Both the position numbers and the translations under genes were made by a program. From positions 864,001 through 928,000 of the forward strand of contig CAVYRF010000001.1 of the NCBI GenBank assembly GCA_963770895.1: 64,000 bases of DNA, in the 5' to 3' direction. The stretch comes from an uncultured Acidobacteriota bacterium (lineage in GTDB: Bacteria > Acidobacteriota > Thermoanaerobaculia > Multivoradales > UBA5704). Under the pieces are notes generated by a model. It worked only from the letters and a program-made list of their open reading frames with translations. It had not been told where the DNA came from and made no database searches. Position 1 is the first letter of the stretch. Each line of letters begins with the position of its first letter. Below are positions 62,112 to 64,000 of this stretch, one piece after another.

Positions 62112-64000
62112 ATGACGCTCAAAGTCCACTTGGGTTTGGCCGGGCTCTGGGTCGTGGCTCTGCTCACCAGTGCGGCACGGCCGGCCGCAGCCGCCTGGCC
62201 GGCTGGGGTTGCGGGACCGGCTGAGGTCGCGGCGCCGATCGGGGTTGCGCGGCCGGCTGAGGCTGCGGCGGTGGGAGCGGGGGCGGGGAGGCCGCGCAGG
62301 CGGGAGGTCGCGGAAATGCCCTCTCGGCGCCGGGCGGTGGCGTCGCTGGCCGATGCGGCACCGAGCTTTGAGGAGAACGTCGGCCAGGCGGACCGCGCCG
62401 TCGACTTCCTGCGTCGCGGCGGCCCTTCGACACTGTTTCTGAGCCGCGGCGATGCGGTCGTCAGCCTGGTCGACGCCGCGCGGCGGAGTGCCTCCGCGGT
62501 GCGCATGCACCTGGTGGGCGCCGCCAACCGGCCGCGCGGCGAAGGCGCCGAGCGGCAGGCGGCGGTTTCCAACTACCTGCTGGGCGGGGATCCCGCCGGC
62601 TGGCACACCGGCATCGCCAACTACGCGCGGGTGCGCTATCCGGAGGTCTACCCGCGGGTCGATCTGATCTATCACGCCAGCCGGCTGCGGCAGGTCGAAT
62701 ACGACTTCGTCGTCGCTCCGCGGGGCGACCCCGCACGCATCCGGCTGGACTTCGAATCCGGCGATACAATGGCCGGCATCGCGGCCGGCATCGCGGCCGG
62801 CATCGCGGCCGGCAGGGCGGACGGCTCGCCGGCGACTGCCCCCGCGCCGTGCGCCGCCGCCGCCGGCCGCGACACCTCGCCCGAGATCGGCGCCCAGGGA
62901 GAGCTTGTCCTGCACACCTGCCTGGGCGACCTGATGCAGCCGGCACCCGAGGCCTACCAGCCGGCGGCCGACGGCAGCCGCCGGCCGGTGACCGTGCGCT
63001 ACGTGCTGCGGCGCCCGGCGCCGACCGGTGGCAACCACCGCGGTCGCGATGGCGTCGGCCCCGCCGAGGTGGGCTTTGCGCTGGGGCGCTACGACCGTAC
63101 TCTCCCGCTGGTGATCGATCCGGTGATGGCGGTGGTGCTCGACGCCACGTTCCTGGGCGGCGGCAACGACGACCTGGCGACGCGCATCGCGGTCGATGCC
63201 GCCGGCAACGTCTACATCACCGGCACCACCTCGTCGGCCGCCTTCCCAGGCGTGAACGGCGCCTCGATCCAGCCGGTCAGCACCGGCACCGACGTCTTTG
63301 TGACCAAGCTGGACGCCGCGGCCAGGGTCATCCTGTATTCGACCTTCCTGGGCGGTGCCGGCGGCGTCAGCACCGGTGGCGGGATCGCCGTCGACTCCCA
63401 GGGCAACGCCTATGTGACCGGCGCCACCCAGTCGGCGACGTTCACGGGAGTCGCCGCCGGAGCGATCCAGGCGACCTACGCCGGTGACGAGGATGCTTTC
63501 GTCACCAAGCTGAACGCCAGCGGTACAGCCGTTCTCTATTCGACCTTCCTGGGCGGCAGCGGCGACGACGGCGGCCAGGCCATCGCGGTCGACGGCGCGG
63601 GCAATGCCTACGTCGCCGGCACCACCAGCTCGCCCACCTTCCCCGGCGTCACCGCCGCCTCGCTGCAGCCGGCCAGCGGCGGCGGCGGCGACGATGCCTT
63701 CGTCGCCAAGCTCGACGCCGCGGGCGATGCCATCGTCTACGCCACCTTTCTGGGCGGCAGTGCCCAGGACGGCGCGGCGGACCTTGCATTGGACGCCGCC
63801 GGCAACGTCTATGTCACCGGCTACACCCAATCCCCCAACTTCACCGGCGTCACCGCCGCATCGCTGCAACCCACCGCCGCCGGCAGCGACGACGCGTTCG
63901 TCATCAAGCTCGACGCCGCCGGCACAGCCGTCGTCTACGCCACCTACCTGGGAGGCAGCGGCCTGGACCTCGCCCGCGCCATCGCCGTCGATGCCGCCGG
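62112..64000 (+). CDS. Secreted SBBP beta-propeller repeat protein, 3' end outside window
   Basis: Not in the ORF track. Manual translation from the ATG at 62112 (GGAGG RBS): signal, FEENVGQ, NYARVRYPEVYPRVDL, EYDFVVAP, LVIDP, then repeats (Y)STFLGGSGDD..IAVD.AGNAYV.G.T.S..F. Confidence 0.9.
   Translation, partial: MTLKVHLGLAGLWVVALLTSAARPAAAAWPAGVAGPAEVAAPIGVARPAEAAAVGAGAGRPRRREVAEMPSRRRAVASLADAAPSFEENVGQADRAVDFLRRGGPSTLFLSRGDAVVSLVDAARRSASAVRMHLVGAANRPRGEGAERQAAVSNYLLGGDPAGWHTGIANYARVRYPEVYPRVDLIYHASRLRQVEYDFVVAPRGDPARIRLDFESGDTMAGIAAGIAAGIAAGRADGSPATAPAPCAAAAGRDTSPEIGAQGELVLHTCLGDLMQPAPEAYQPAADGSRRPVTVRYVLRRPAPTGGNHRGRDGVGPAEVGFALGRYDRTLPLVIDPVMAVVLDATFLGGGNDDLATRIAVDAAGNVYITGTTSSAAFPGVNGASIQPVSTGTDVFVTKLDAAARVILYSTFLGGAGGVSTGGGIAVDSQGNAYVTGATQSATFTGVAAGAIQATYAGDEDAFVTKLNASGTAVLYSTFLGGSGDDGGQAIAVDGAGNAYVAGTTSSPTFPGVTAASLQPASGGGGDDAFVAKLDAAGDAIVYATFLGGSAQDGAADLALDAAGNVYVTGYTQSPNFTGVTAASLQPTAAGSDDAFVIKLDAAGTAVVYATYLGGSGLDLARAIAVDAA
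62772..62813 (+). repeat. 12-bp tandem repeat x3.5 (GCCGGCATCGCG), in frame AGIA
   Basis: Directly visible inside the SBBP gene. Confidence 0.9.

Noticed and set aside
62046-63869. 607-aa minus-strand ORF
   Set aside because: Shadow of the plus-strand SBBP gene.
63140-64000. Periodic DNA repeats that could suggest an array
   Set aside because: They are in-frame SBBP protein repeats, degenerate at the DNA level, with no repeat-spacer structure.

Overview
Very GC-rich bacterial DNA. The gene content (several signal-peptide TPR-CHAT proteins, a giant NRPS, SBBP and BNR propellers, an orphan RiPP precursor) suggests an Acidobacteriota (Thermoanaerobaculia-like) genome; this is inference. Most long ORFs in the supplied track are shadows. 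From left to right: (1) two secreted TPR-CHAT caspase-like proteases around an ECF sigma/zf-HC2 anti-sigma pair, plus orphan genes (1-10.3 kb); (2) a partly broken amino-acid-oxidase operon: DavB-like flavoprotein stub, multicopper oxidase remnant, intact di-heme c protein, intact LodA/GoxA CTQ oxidase, internally deleted LodB (10.5-15.5 kb); (3) a peptidoglycan hydrolase, small Cys-rich secreted protein, saccharopine-dehydrogenase-like protein and secreted hydrolase; (4) a transglutaminase, histidine kinase, response regulator and Ser/Thr kinase-TPR run; (5) DinB and a YtrA-type GntR/ABC operon; (6) a stand-alone NRPS of about 8,260 aa with 7 A domains, its only thioesterase in the middle and a T domain at the C-terminus, the most unusual feature here (possibly circularly permuted); (7) a lipoprotein, TAP-like peptidase, ArsR/SRPBCC-GyrI pair, BNR propeller, orphan RiPP-like precursor, truncated beta-helix gene and partial SBBP-repeat gene. 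No rRNA, tRNA, CRISPR array or transposase was seen. All family calls come from reading motifs by eye, not from database searches.
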